This document shows, one piece after another, positions 51,605-64,000 of a stretch of 64,000 nt of DNA (within the stretch, counting starts at the first letter, position 1; each line of letters starts with the position of its first letter). The DNA is from Eledone cirrhosa (taxonomy: Eukaryota). Made by a program: the position numbers and the translations under genes. A model generated the notes under the pieces. It was not told the DNA's origin, made no database searches, and worked only from the letters and a program-made list of their open reading frames with translations. The stretch spans positions 123,442,001 to 123,506,000 of the forward strand of contig OZ024745.1 in the NCBI GenBank assembly GCA_964016885.1, given 5' to 3'.

Positions 51605-51824
51605 GGTAATACCTCTTCCACATGTTATTGTGTATCTGGCACCATCTATATGGTACACATTACTGTCAGAAACTCCTATCTCACCTCCTCTACCACACAT
51701 GTTACTGTGTGTATCTGGCACCACCTATATATCAATTTGTTCACATTTTGCAGATGTTCATTAATGGTTTCATATAAAAGAAGTGTGTGTGTGTGTGTGT
51801 GTGTGTGGGGGGGGGGGGTTATAT

Positions 51825-52300
51825 GTACCCAAAGACTGGTGCAGCAGTATTCTCATAAATTGCTACAAAGGTAAAGGGGATGCTCTAGATTTTGTGCCTC
51901 GGAAAAGTACAACAGATGCCCTCTTCTTAGTGAGGCAACTACAAGAGAAGTTCTTAGAGAAGAATAAGCCACTATACTTAGCTTTTGTTGACCTAGAGGA
52001 GAAAGAAACTGGGTATAAGAGGGATAAGTTGTGGTGTGCAGAAGAGAAGGCTGAGATGGTATGGACATGTGATGGATGGAAGTGCCAAGAAATCCCAGGA
52101 GAAGGAAGACGCAGTAGAGGTAGACCATGAAAAACATGGGCGGCGGTGGTGAGAGCAGACCTCAGATCGCTGAAAATTACCGAGATGACGACGAAGGACC
52201 GTGAGAAGTGGAGAGATGTTGTGCTGAATAGGACCTGTCCAACCCTTGCAAGCAGGGAAAAGTGGACGTAAAAATGATGATAATAATAATGATGATGATG
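51825..52300 (+). mobile_element. Internally deleted RTE relic
   Basis: PKDW..SILINCYKGKGDA / FVPRKSTTDALFLVRQLQEK..LYLAFVDLE / C-terminus joined together. Confidence 0.8.
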
Positions 52301-52816
52301 ATTGATGATGAGGTGGGGCATGGTACACAAAAGGTTGGGAACCACTGCTATAGATGTTCAAATTGTACAATGAAGTTGCCAGCTTGTTAGAGGGTGTACA
52401 AAGTCATACACCATGCTCCTCCATGTTTACTGAATAAAGAGCCTTTATCTGGTTACTCAATTGGCTACAAATAGCATCAAAAGTTCTTTCAAATTAACAA
52501 GCTAACCATTAATAAAAAGATAGGAAACATTGTATGATTTGATCCTAGATATACGACAGTGTTCAAGGATGAAAGGAATGCTTTTACTTCTAGATTGGTC
52601 TACTCAGTTAGGGTTGATCTAGTACTAAACAACAACTAATAACAAAATAAATAAAATATCTATCCTTGTCTACAATTATTTGATATGATCTTTCCAAGCT
52701 AATCATATTCTCTTATCTGAGTGCTTTCTCTCTAGCATTTATTGCTTCTGTTATCATATTATATATATATTATATATTATATTATATTATATATATTATA
52801 TTATATATATAATGAA

Positions 52817-53205
52817 GGTGCATGGCTTAGTGGTTAGAGCATTGGGCTTGCAATTGAAAGGTTGTGAGTTCAATTCTTGGACCGGGTGATGTGTTGTTTC
52901 CTTGAGCAAGACACTTTATTTCACATTGCTCCAGTTTATTCAGCTATAGAAATGAGATGATAGGACTGGGGTCCCTATCATTCCACTGTAAAGTGGTCGG
53001 TAAGGTGCCATGGCAAAAAAGCACCCAGTCCACACTGTAAATGAGGTTGGTGTTAGGAAGGGCATCCAGAATTTAAGCCAGAATCAGTTCCCGTATGAGC
53101 AATACAAGGTCAGCCAACTGGACACTGCTCACAACAGGTCAACCGGTCTAACCCATGTTAGCGTGGAAGAATGGACGTAAAACGATGATGATGATCATGA
53201 TGATG
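52817..53205 (+). mobile_element. SINE family B
   Basis: Full head, body and RTE-type tail. Confidence 0.8.
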
Positions 53206-53218
53206 ATATATATATATC

Positions 53219-53256
<38 letters not shown>

Positions 53257-53515
53257 AAGGTTAAACAAGGTTCAATGAATAAATCAAAGAATAAAGTTTT
53301 ACAATAGATTAGAAGCACTCCACAGATATGGTTTTCCGGAGTTAACCATCTACTTTAGTCAGGGTATGTGATGCATCATCTTATTTTGACGTACTGTTGG
53401 GGACGTACTGTTGAAGATAGCTCAGTACCTCTGAAATATGTATAATAAAATATACTTGATCATACGAATGTCTATTTTTGTTAATATTTTGAATTAATAT
53501 ATATATATATATATA

Positions 53516-53968
53516 TAATGTAGGAGGTGAGTTTTATTGTAGCACAATAAAGCAATGCAAATATCGGATAAGTAGCACTCAAAAGTTTATAGGACTGGAG
53601 TATAAATAATATAAAATCAAAAGATGGTTAAAAGAGTGTATTTTATTATGCGCATTTATATTTGTTTTTGAAATGCGCATAATAAAATACATGGAACTCT
53701 TTTAACCATCTTTTGATTTTATATTATATATATATATTTATATATATATAGAGAGTTACTCCCCTTTATAGTCAGATTTCAAATCCCGCTAAGGTTCTCT
53801 TTGCTTTTCACCCTTACTTAAAATAAAGTACCAGTAATGCTGAGATAATTGCTGGCCTTGTGCCAAAAGTAGAAACAATTATATATATTGTATATAAATA
53901 TATATATATTTTATATATATATATATATAAATAATATATATATATATTTATATATATATATATAAATA

Positions 53969-54001
<33 letters not shown>

Positions 54002-54019
54002 TATATATATATATAAATA

Positions 54020-54073
<54 letters not shown>

Positions 54074-54225
54074 TATATAATATTTATATACAATATATAT
54101 AATTGTTTCTACTTTTGGCACAAGGCCAGCAATTATTTCAGCATTACTGGTACTTTATTTTAAGTAAGGGTGAAAAGCAAAGAGAACCTTAGCGGGATTT
54201 GAAATCTGACTATAAAGGTGACTAA

Positions 54226-54258
<33 letters not shown>

Positions 54259-54402
54259 ATATAAAATCAAAAGATGGTTAAAAGAGTTCCATGTATTTTA
54301 TTATGCGCATAATAAAATACATGGAACTCTTTTAACCATCTTTTGATTTTATATTATTTATACTCCAGTCCTATAAACTTTTGAGTGCTACTTATCCGAT
54401 AT
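53516..54402. repeat. Nested palindrome built from PLE 3' ends, a SINE A fragment and (TA)n
   Basis: 53561-~53900 is the reverse complement of ~54080-54402. PLE end of the same family as 28215-28360. Confidence 0.85.
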
Positions 54403-54470
54403 ATAAAGAAATAAAATATATATCATCATCATCTTCGTTTAACGTCCATTTTCCTAATATTTTTTTTTTT

Positions 54471-54524
<54 letters not shown>

Positions 54525-54525
<1 letters not shown>

Positions 54526-55000
54526 GCACATGGCTTAGTGGTTAGAGCATTGGCCTTGCAATCGAAAGGTTGTGAGTTCAATTCTCAGACCGGGTGATGT
54601 GTTGTTTCCTTGAGCAAGACACTTTATTTCACATTGCTCCAGTTTACTCAGCTGTAGAAATGGGGTCCCTATCATTCCACTGCAAAGTGGTCGTGGAGGT
54701 CCCACGGCAAAAAAGCACCCAGCACTCACTGTAAATGAGGTTGGTGTTAGGAAGGGCATCCAGAATCAAGCCAGAATCAGTTCCTGTCCCACCCTTGCAA
54801 GCAGGGAAAAGTGGATGTAAAATGAAATGATGATGAAATGATGTAGTGAAGGTGCATGTTTTAGTGGTTAGAGTATTGGGTTTGCAATTGGGAGGTCGTG
54901 AGTTTGATTCTCGGACCAGGTGATACGTTGTGTTCTTGAGCAAGACACTTTATTTCACTCTACTCCAGTTCACATCACTGATGCCAAGCTGTATCCGCCA
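54525..55000 (+). mobile_element. SINE family B, two tandem copies
   Basis: tRNA-like heads at ~54525 and ~54850. Confidence 0.75.
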
Positions 55001-55664
55001 TTGCCTTTCCCTTGGACAACATCGGTGGCACTTAGAGGAGGCTGGTGCGACAGCACGTCTTCCACAAACAAACCTTGCCCCAAAATTTCTGGGTGCAAAC
55101 CCATAGTCATTTATAACCGATGGGGGCTTTATAACCGATATGTGTGTGTGTATTTATATTTATGTGTGTGCATGTATATATATATATATTTATATTTCTG
55201 CTTTACCAGACACTTGGATTTTACTACTAAGTATACATTATTCCAGTAGGTGTCTATATATAAATCTATAAATATTGTTGTGAGATTTGTTTGTGAGATT
55301 TGTTTCATTTTCTCACCAAATTGTTAGTTGCAGTATTCCTGAATAGTTACATTAGCTTTGCAGTCATTAAATCATGGGTTTGATCTCACTGCAGGGTATC
55401 TTCAGCAGGTGTCATTTACTCTAGCCGTGTGAGTGAAATTGAGTAAATGGTAACAGGTGTCTGTCTGTTGGACTGTACCTGTAATACTAAAGGTCAACTT
55501 TGTCACACAATGTTACACTGAATCTACCTGAGAATTATGTTAAAGGTGCACTCTAAGTAATCAGATGCTTAGCTCCAGATCAACATCGATTGAGCAAACC
55601 TAGTATCAAAGGCATCTCAGCTGAGACCATCCTCTCTTTGTGTGTGCCTGTAAATTCATACACA

Positions 55665-55695
<31 letters not shown>

Positions 55696-58600
55696 TCATA
55701 TATGCCTGTCCACTTGTTATCTGTCAGAAATTTGAGTTGATTTCATTTTGATGTGAATTAAACTCTAATGCTGATGAAAGTCACACTGTTAATCCTTTCA
55801 TTACCACATTTCTAATTGCCTATAATTTTGACATTATTTTGAAATTAATAAAACATTTAGAGATTTAGTAAAGTAACTCTCATTATGAAGTTGTTTTTTG
55901 GAACATAGCAAAGGTTCTTATATAAAATTATGATGAAATGTTTTTAGATAAGTATGTACACTTTTAAAATAAACAGATTTAAATAATAAAATTAGGGGCA
56001 GTTTTTGGTGGTTTAATATCAAAAGGGTTAAATAATTTTTATTTGTGCTGTTTCTAATTTCTTCCATTTTGTTTTCTCCCTTTTTTTGTTGGGGGTGGGA
56101 GGTGGGAAGTGGGGGTGTACTTTGGAGACATTCTGTGCTGAATATATAATTGCTACTGAGAATTCTGAACGAAACTAGCAATGGATACTTATGCAATTAT
56201 TTTTGTTGTGCTCAGGAATAAAACTGTTATTGAATGTAGAAGAAAGGACCTGGAGAAGTAGTAGTGGTGGTGAGGCCATATTTAAAAATGAATGCATTAA
56301 TTCAGTATTGACTTTATGTAGGCAACCTCAAAGAATATTGGATTGTGTGTTTCTGGTTAATGACATAAATATAGAAATTTGTGTAAATTATAAATACCTT
56401 AATTGAGGAAATCCCCAAAGAGACAAAGGAAATTAAAAAGATAATGGGGAAATCATCGTTATTTGGATAATGATAATGGCACCATGTTTTGGTGTGTGGA
56501 TATATATTTTGAGTGACTTTTAAAAATAGATTTCTATTTATTAACTTAAGCAATATTGTTATTGTATTAAACTTTATGACTCTTTGCATGGCCTGCAGCT
56601 TTTAGATGCCATATATGCTGTGTTAATATGTTCACAGTATATACACTATTCTGAAATACCATTAACACATCAAAGCTATTTTATTCCTGCATTTGGTACT
56701 TTTATGCAAAATTATCAGTAGAATAATTTGAAAATCTCTTTACTCTTCACATTTACTTTATAATTTTTACTCATTTAAACATTAATAGATTTTTGAATTA
56801 TTTAGTTCACTGTTCAAAGTACCCTCATTACCATATCTGCTATGATATTTGGTTTCTTTTCCCAAAATATTAATAGATAGATACATTTATTTGATTGTTG
56901 TTTGTTGTTGTTCCTACTTGCAATTATTCTCTTCAGTTTGTAGTTGGTTTGATATCTTTGAATTTATGAAGTTATTTTTTTTTTATCAGTTCTTATTCAT
57001 TTTTAACATGTATAAATTATTTAAAAAATAAAATATTGCAATTTATTTTGTCTTTTTATCAAATCCTATTAAAATACAGTATACTTTAACAAATAAGTCA
57101 TATTTATCTTTATTTTCATAGACACTAATTTATCTACTTATGGTTCCAGCTCTATATTGATTTCAATTGAGAAACAGTATTTGCCAATATTTTTAGCCTG
57201 AATCTAATTGTTTCTACTTAGTATATTCTACTTATTGCGTGTACCATATCTGTTTAAATATACCACTATCTTCTATACTTCATATAAAGGTTACAGCTCA
57301 CAACTATATAGGTCTAACTAGCCCTCTATGAGGTTGCATCATAGATTTCTTGGTTGTTTTATAAGCAATGGAAAATAAAGTGTCTAGCTAATGATGCAAT
57401 GCCCAGCAATACCCAGTCCAGCATCCAAAGATATGACCACATCATTGTGAGTCCGACTCTCTAACCACTAAGCTGTGTGTCTTGATATGTATTTCATAGA
57501 TCAGTATTACAATTCAGAGATATTTTGTTTTCAATATTCCTTGTCAGCTTAGATTAAATGGATTGAGGCATGACAAATATTCAGTGCCTGGTATGCATTC
57601 AACATACTGTATAATATTTTTGACTGGAAACCAACCAAGGCATTTTTCCATTTTTGTTTCATCATTGTTAGAATGCCCCCAGTTATTTTCAGTATTCATG
57701 TTATTGCTATATAATTATCCATATATTTTTATTTTTTTGTTTTAATATATATTTAAAAAAGAAAATCCTTCTCTCTACTATTTTTTAAATATTTTATTAT
57801 TATTTTATCCTTTCTGCTTATTTTCTCAGTTGTTGCCACTTGCAATCTTATTTTACACAAAGATTCATGTTTCACCTTTGATATTATACATTCTTTCACT
57901 CCTTTCATATGTTGCTTTCATCAACAACATTACACAACCAAATCTTTCATTGTCCAAGAAGTACAGTTATCAAAGGTTTATATCTGCTTACATTTGTTGT
58001 AAGTTGTCACATTATAAAAACAAAAAAAAAAAACTAATTCCCAACTCCCCAAACCTAGCTGTTCCCAATAATTTTCTGCTTTTACAAAACTTGAAAATGG
58101 CTGCAGCAGCTCGAAGGGGCTCTGAAGGGCCACTATTGAATTTCGTTTTTATGGTATTTAATGGATGGTAGATAAATTTTTCCTTGTCGATAACATGTCA
58201 GAAGAGAAGGGGCTCTGCTATTATGAATAACTCCCAGATTGCTACAGATAGCCAAGTGAACTGAGGCATGGGCTGTCCACTACAAAACATCTGCCATCAT
58301 CATCATCATCACTACTCTATTTTCCATATTTGCATGAATTAAACAGGCTGTCATATTATAGGCCAGGCAGGACAGGTGATCACATCTTGCTCATACGCTC
58401 TGATTTTGGCTTGGTTTTTTCTTAATACCAACCACCTTACAGGGTGGACTGGGTGTTTTTTGTAAAGCCATAAATATGGCCATATTACAAGGTGGACTGG
58501 ATGCTTCAATCATGGCCTTGTTGCAGCCATCTTCCAAGGTAGACTGGGTGTGACCAATGGGCTGTTGGCCCTATATCGTTTCAAATTCACCATTTTTCTT

Positions 58601-59949
58601 CTATGCTAGCTTATTTTGAGCAGGATATATATTCTTTGATTTCAGTATGCTTTATATATTTTCTTTATCATACATTGCTGTTACCATTTTTAACAATCTG
58701 CCTTCTACCTTGTTGGGTACACACATGCTCATGTACACACATACACACATACACACATACACATACACACACACTCAGACAAACAGTTTTTTTTTGTTCG
58801 AGTTTTTATTCCATCACATTCTTACTCTGGTTGTTATGTCTTCAGAAGATCTCCCTTCTCAGCGGAGTAGTCCACTTAGGGAGTAGAAACCTCTTTTAAG
58901 GAGCTTTCTTGCCATATGAAGGAACTCATTTTATGGATTTTATCATTTTGTACTACATCTGTGCCTCTCTTACATACATAGTCCTTTTTTTCTGTCTGCC
59001 TGTCTGTCATCTCACTACATCTCTTGTACACTCCCATCCATAGTTTGCAGTGGTTACTCTATACCATTTGTGCATAGCATGTCAAGTATGGCCATTAATT
59101 AATGGCAGCTGAGTTATATATTCTTTTCTGCAAAAAATACTTTAGTATTTGCAAGGTTTTCTTTTAGACATTTTGAAACTATGTTTGAACTGATTCAGCT
59201 ATGAGGATCTGGTCATTGACACACAGGAAATCCTACAAATCACAAGTGATACTTCAATATAAATATATTGTTATATGACTTAGTAATTGCTCCACTAATC
59301 ATTTAAGAATCTACATCATTTATGTATAATATTGTTTTCTAGTTAAACTTATGATGATAAGTATTAAACTTTAGAATGAATTTATTGTTGCATGCTCTTT
59401 GTTTTTATTTTGAAAAAAATAACTGAGCTGAAAGGAATAACTGTAAAATTGTGTTAGATTGTACTTGGATGGAAATATTGAAGTCAATTATAAAAATTGA
59501 AGAATTAGCTGTTTGTAGAAGTTTATATTAAACAAAGGACAATTTTAGAATATTTAAACAATTTATTATAGACTTAGTGTCTTAGATAAACACGTTAACA
59601 AAAGAAAAAAAATAGATATTATCTGATCAAAGACAAACTTGTAGCCTTAAACAAAAATTGGCTTTGCCGATCTTTCCGATTTTATCATTGCTACTATCAG
59701 AAAGATTTTTGTTTTGGGCTGCTTTACAGATGAACATCCTTTATCGTTGAGGCTGAAGAAACTAATTAGAGATCAGGACTTTTGGCGCCATTTCAGAATA
59801 TAGTCTTATAAACTTCATGATTCAATATGCTCTAAGAGGAAATTATTCTATGATACCATCTTCAGTTAAAACAGTAATGCTGCTCATTTAATTGCTGCAA
59901 ATATATAGCAACGTTATTTTTACCATGCATTGCTTTAAATACTGCTTAA

Positions 59950-60152
59950 CCCTTTAACATTTACATTACTCTATATATACTATTGTATTTTCATGGTAAA
60001 AGCTTTACCTCACATAATTACCTCACATAATATCGAATCTATGAGATTTTGAAAGTATTTATTTTGAGAACAATACCTTAACATCAGTTTGAGTGACCGG
60101 TTACAGCCAGTTTCAACTCTGGCTGGTTTTGGCCGGTTTGAACATTAAAGGG
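59950..60152. mobile_element. piggyBac-type MITE
   Basis: TTAA|CCCTTTAAC ... TTAAAGGG|TTAA. Confidence 0.8.
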
Positions 60153-60851
60153 TTAATATGAGAATTTCTGTTTGCATTTTCTGTCCCATCATGCCAGCGG
60201 TAAGAACTAACAAAGAAAAAATCATAATGGTTATAATTGTTGTTTTAATGTCCACTTTTCCTGCTAGCAAGGATTAGACTATCCTTGCAATTTAAGTAAA
60301 AGAATATAATGTAACTGCTTTCGCTTAAAAAATGGGATAACATAAGGATCCTTAACTCTTTAGCATTTAAACCGGCCATATCCGGCCAGAATTTTCTTAC
60401 CTCTTTCTGTTCAAAATGGCTGTAACCAGCCCCTCATAATGATGTTAAGGTATTGTTCTCAAAATAAATAATATCAAAATCTCATAGATTTGATATTATG
60501 TGAGATACAGTGATAACTCGCAGTACAAGTTTAATTCATTCCATAACCGACCTCATTTTACGAATTACTCATTTTACAAATCAATTTTCCCAATTGAAAT
60601 TTATTAAAATATAAATAATCTGTTCCAGGCCCCCTAAACCATCCAGAAATTATTTGACAATCATAAATGACAATCATAAAAACATAATAAAAGAGAATGC
60701 ACAAGAAACGTGTAAACTGGTTTTATTAATTGTATAAAACTTGCTCGTACTGTGGATTTCCACTCGTACTACAAGACAAAAATTCACAGTAAAATCAATG
60801 AAGCATTGGGATACTGTGCTTTAACACATCTGTTATATATATATATATGTA

Positions 60852-61196
60852 CATTGGCCTTGCAATTGAAAGGTTGTGAGTTCAATTCTCAGACCGGGTG
60901 ATGTGTTGTTTCCTTGAGCAAGACACTTTATTTCACATTGCTCCAGCTGTAGAAATGAGATGATAGGACTGGGGTCCCTATCATTCCACTGCAAAGTGGT
61001 CGTGGAAGTGCCATGGCAAAAAAAAAGCACCCAGCCCACACTGTAAAGTGGACGTGTAGGCACCACCGAAAAAAAGCACCCAGCACTCACTGTAAATGAG
61101 GTTGGTGTTAGGAAGGGCATCCAGCTGTAGAAATCAAGCCAGAATCAGCTCCTGTCCCACCCTTGCAAGCAGGGAAAAGTGGACGTAAAATGATGA
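60852..61196 (+). mobile_element. SINE family B (5'-truncated)
   Basis: Family body and tail. Confidence 0.8.
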
Positions 61197-61244
61197 TATA
61201 TATATATGGAAAACCGCCTATGGACGCACCCAACCAACCTTACT

Positions 61245-61418
<174 letters not shown>

Positions 61419-61561
61419 TGTTTATGAAAAGGCGAGCAAAGTTTTAAAATAAAGTAGAAATATAAGCTTACCCTGTATTTGACTAACAAAGTTAGTCTGA
61501 TAGTGGGGATTTTTAAAACCCTCTGAATGGAAAAAGGAGTCATTATTAGTGGAAACTATAA

Positions 61562-61755
61562 GGGCGCTAGATTGGCAGTATTGGTAGAGCATCAGACACT
61601 ATGCTTTGCAGCATAGAGTTACGGCCCCTTTTGGTCTGAGTTCAAATCTTGCCAAGGTTAACTTTGCCTTTCATCCTCACAGGGTCGATAAAGTAAAGTA
61701 CCAGTAATGCACTAGGGTAATTGCTGGCATTGTGCCAAAAGTAGAACCAATTATT
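61562..61755 (+). mobile_element. SINE family A
   Basis: Full-length copy. Confidence 0.8.
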
Positions 61756-61854
61756 AGAGGAAACTTTAGTACCTTCTGTTATCCCTGTAATTGAGTGTGC
61801 ATGGCTTCTGTCATTTAAAAAAAATTACTAAATTGTATACAAATAATTGTTAGA

Positions 61855-62043
61855 TAATTGTTTCTACTTTAGGCACAAGGCCAGCAATTACCCAGTGCAT
61901 TACTGGTACTTTATTTTATCGACCCCGTAAGGATGAAAGGCAAAGTCAACCTCGGCGGGATTTGAACTCAGATCGTAAAGGGACGTAACTATGCTGGAAA
62001 GCATGGCGTCCGACCCTCTACCGATACTGCCAATCCACCGCCC
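61855..62043 (-). mobile_element. SINE family A
   Basis: Full-length copy with TSD-like ATTGTTAGATAAT. Confidence 0.8.
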
Positions 62044-64000
62044 TTTATTATTGTTAGATAATTGTTAGATAATGATAAGTACACAGACAAATAAAGATAG
62101 AGACGACATTGCATAAAGTGAGATGCAATGTCAGTGCTACATAAAGATAGAGAAGGAGGTATCCACAAACTGGGGTCTAGTCCAAATGCTTACAAAAAAT
62201 GGGCTCTACTAAAAGCATTCAAGGACCAGATAAGCCGAATTATGGATGAAGTTATGACGCAAGTAGGTTGCTATGTAATTTATATGCCCAGAATGCAAAA
62301 AACCAGAAGAAATAGTTCAGGATATTTTGTTCCATGCTCTAATAATTCTAGTAATGCCCCCTTTGAGAACCTCTGATCTAGACAGTATTTGAACTTAGGT
62401 ATTAGAAAGCTGGAACAAATGCTGCAAGGTATTTTGTCATATGCTGTAACGACTCTGCTAATTTGTTGCCTAATGCTGTACTGGCTTGAAATTAATTTGA
62501 GTACTTAACATTCATGTAGAAATGAATGCGAACTTTAAATTATGAATTTTGATATCATTATTAATGTATTTCAGCCTATGACTTATTAATTCCAGTGTTA
62601 GGAGAAATTAGATGATAACTCATATCTAGAAAAGTAATTTGTTTATTTAATCTCATGTCACTGGAAGAAATACAATTTCATTTTGTCACCATTGCTATCC
62701 AGTAGGCTAAATTGACTGTACTGCTGAGAAAGCTTCTAGGTGTTGTCATCTGTTTGTCTTCTAGATTGCTTTCAAAGTGACAAACGATCCTGGTATGTAT
62801 GTTGTTATTATATCCTTTATAATAATAATAAGGTGATAGAATCATAAAAGGTAGTAATGGAAGAAATAGACAGATCTTATTGGCGGAATTTCATATCTCT
62901 GGTTCTATGTTCATGTATTTTTGTTTGGCTGCCCTAATAATCTTTTCCTTTTCCTTTTTTTTATTTGCTTATATTTGCTAGAAAACTGTAAACCCTTGAT
63001 AGTATATATGATGTCATATACTATGGTACAGATTTGTATTGCTGTCTGTGTTAACATTTACAAAGGGTGTAATATAATAATTTCATAGACAGGTTTGAAA
63101 ATAGTTCCAAATATATACAGGCAACTAAAATGTTTGACACCAGAATGGCATCTGGTGATAAAACTTTACCTTAGAAAGGTCTCCATGATGAGATTGATTA
63201 AACTTGTCATGGTGCACAAAAGATTAACCCCCTACTTTAACATGGAAATATTCCTGAAATGTTTGTTGTTTTATATGTAATTTGAAAGTTACAGAGTAAA
63301 ATCAAACAAGTCATATATAGGACTGACATAAAATTCATTCTGTCTGTAAACTAGGAATTAATAGTGTTTTAAATTAGACAAATGTAAGTTTGGAGTGATG
63401 CTTGTTGTGATAATGAGAATGCCTTATGTCCCAAAAGTGTGCTCAAACATCACTACTCTAATGGTACAGGTATGGATGATGTGAGGGAGCATTCTCTTGT
63501 GTGTGAGGGACCAAGCACAGGTTGCCTTATAGACCTAATGGATAGAGCATAGAAGACATTGCCTCAGAGGATAGTGAGGGAGATGCATCAGAATAGCCAT
63601 TCCAACTCGTATGCTTTGCTCCTGCAGGTGGCTAACTCTGTCTTGATAGTAGTGAGTAGGGAGGTGGTCTGCAGATCAAGAACACCAGAAGTCTCCACTG
63701 AACAGGTTCAATGGCAAACATTTTGGAGAGTGGCCGATATTTTGACAGTTTGGCTTGAATCTGTTTTAATTGTGAATCAAAAAACTCCAGTTAGAAGGAA
63801 ATTTGTGAGAGTAATAGTGTTGTAAGTGCATAGTTAAAATAGGTATAATACAGTATGTTAGAAAAGTTGATAAAAATTCTGAATTCATCAGATTGTGTAA
63901 ACAATATTTAACCCCCTTCTTTTACCACATTTCTTATGAAATATACCACTCATGTGTTTTAACCCTTTAGCGTTTACATTACTCTATATTTACTATTATA

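Noticed and set aside
50514-51623. 369-aa repetitive ORF
   Set aside because: It is a stop-free frame of the 48-bp satellite, with no evidence of coding function.
62765-62792. 28-nt AG..GTATGT microexon candidate
   Set aside because: Does not match the expected next DDX49 sequence, and such sites occur by chance.

Overview
AT-rich, microsatellite-laden animal DNA. The repeat repertoire (RTE LINEs, tRNA-SINEs, long TA runs) suggests an octopus or other cephalopod, but this is inference. The only host gene sequence I can recognise is one 124-nt internal exon of the DEAD-box helicase DDX49/Dbp8 (42499-42622, +). The rest is transposon debris: RTE LINEs carrying a PHD-like finger inside the RT region, two tRNA-SINE families, TTAA (piggyBac-type) and hAT MITEs, non-autonomous Helitrons, a mariner relic, a CR1/L2-like tail and two minisatellites. 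The most striking feature is a set of 12 foldable type-I hammerhead ribozyme motifs from about eight different sequence families, concentrated at 28-36 kb. They sit in short (TA)n-embedded Penelope-like (GIY-YIG) element ends, which repeatedly form fold-back palindromes: a 3.2-kb one, an 840-bp nested one and a 265-bp one. Several cores are non-canonical (U3-A8 covariant, C4, U-U closing stem II, greatly enlarged stem II). Nearly all listed ORFs are microsatellite or antisense artefacts. All ribozyme folds were paired by eye and are untested.
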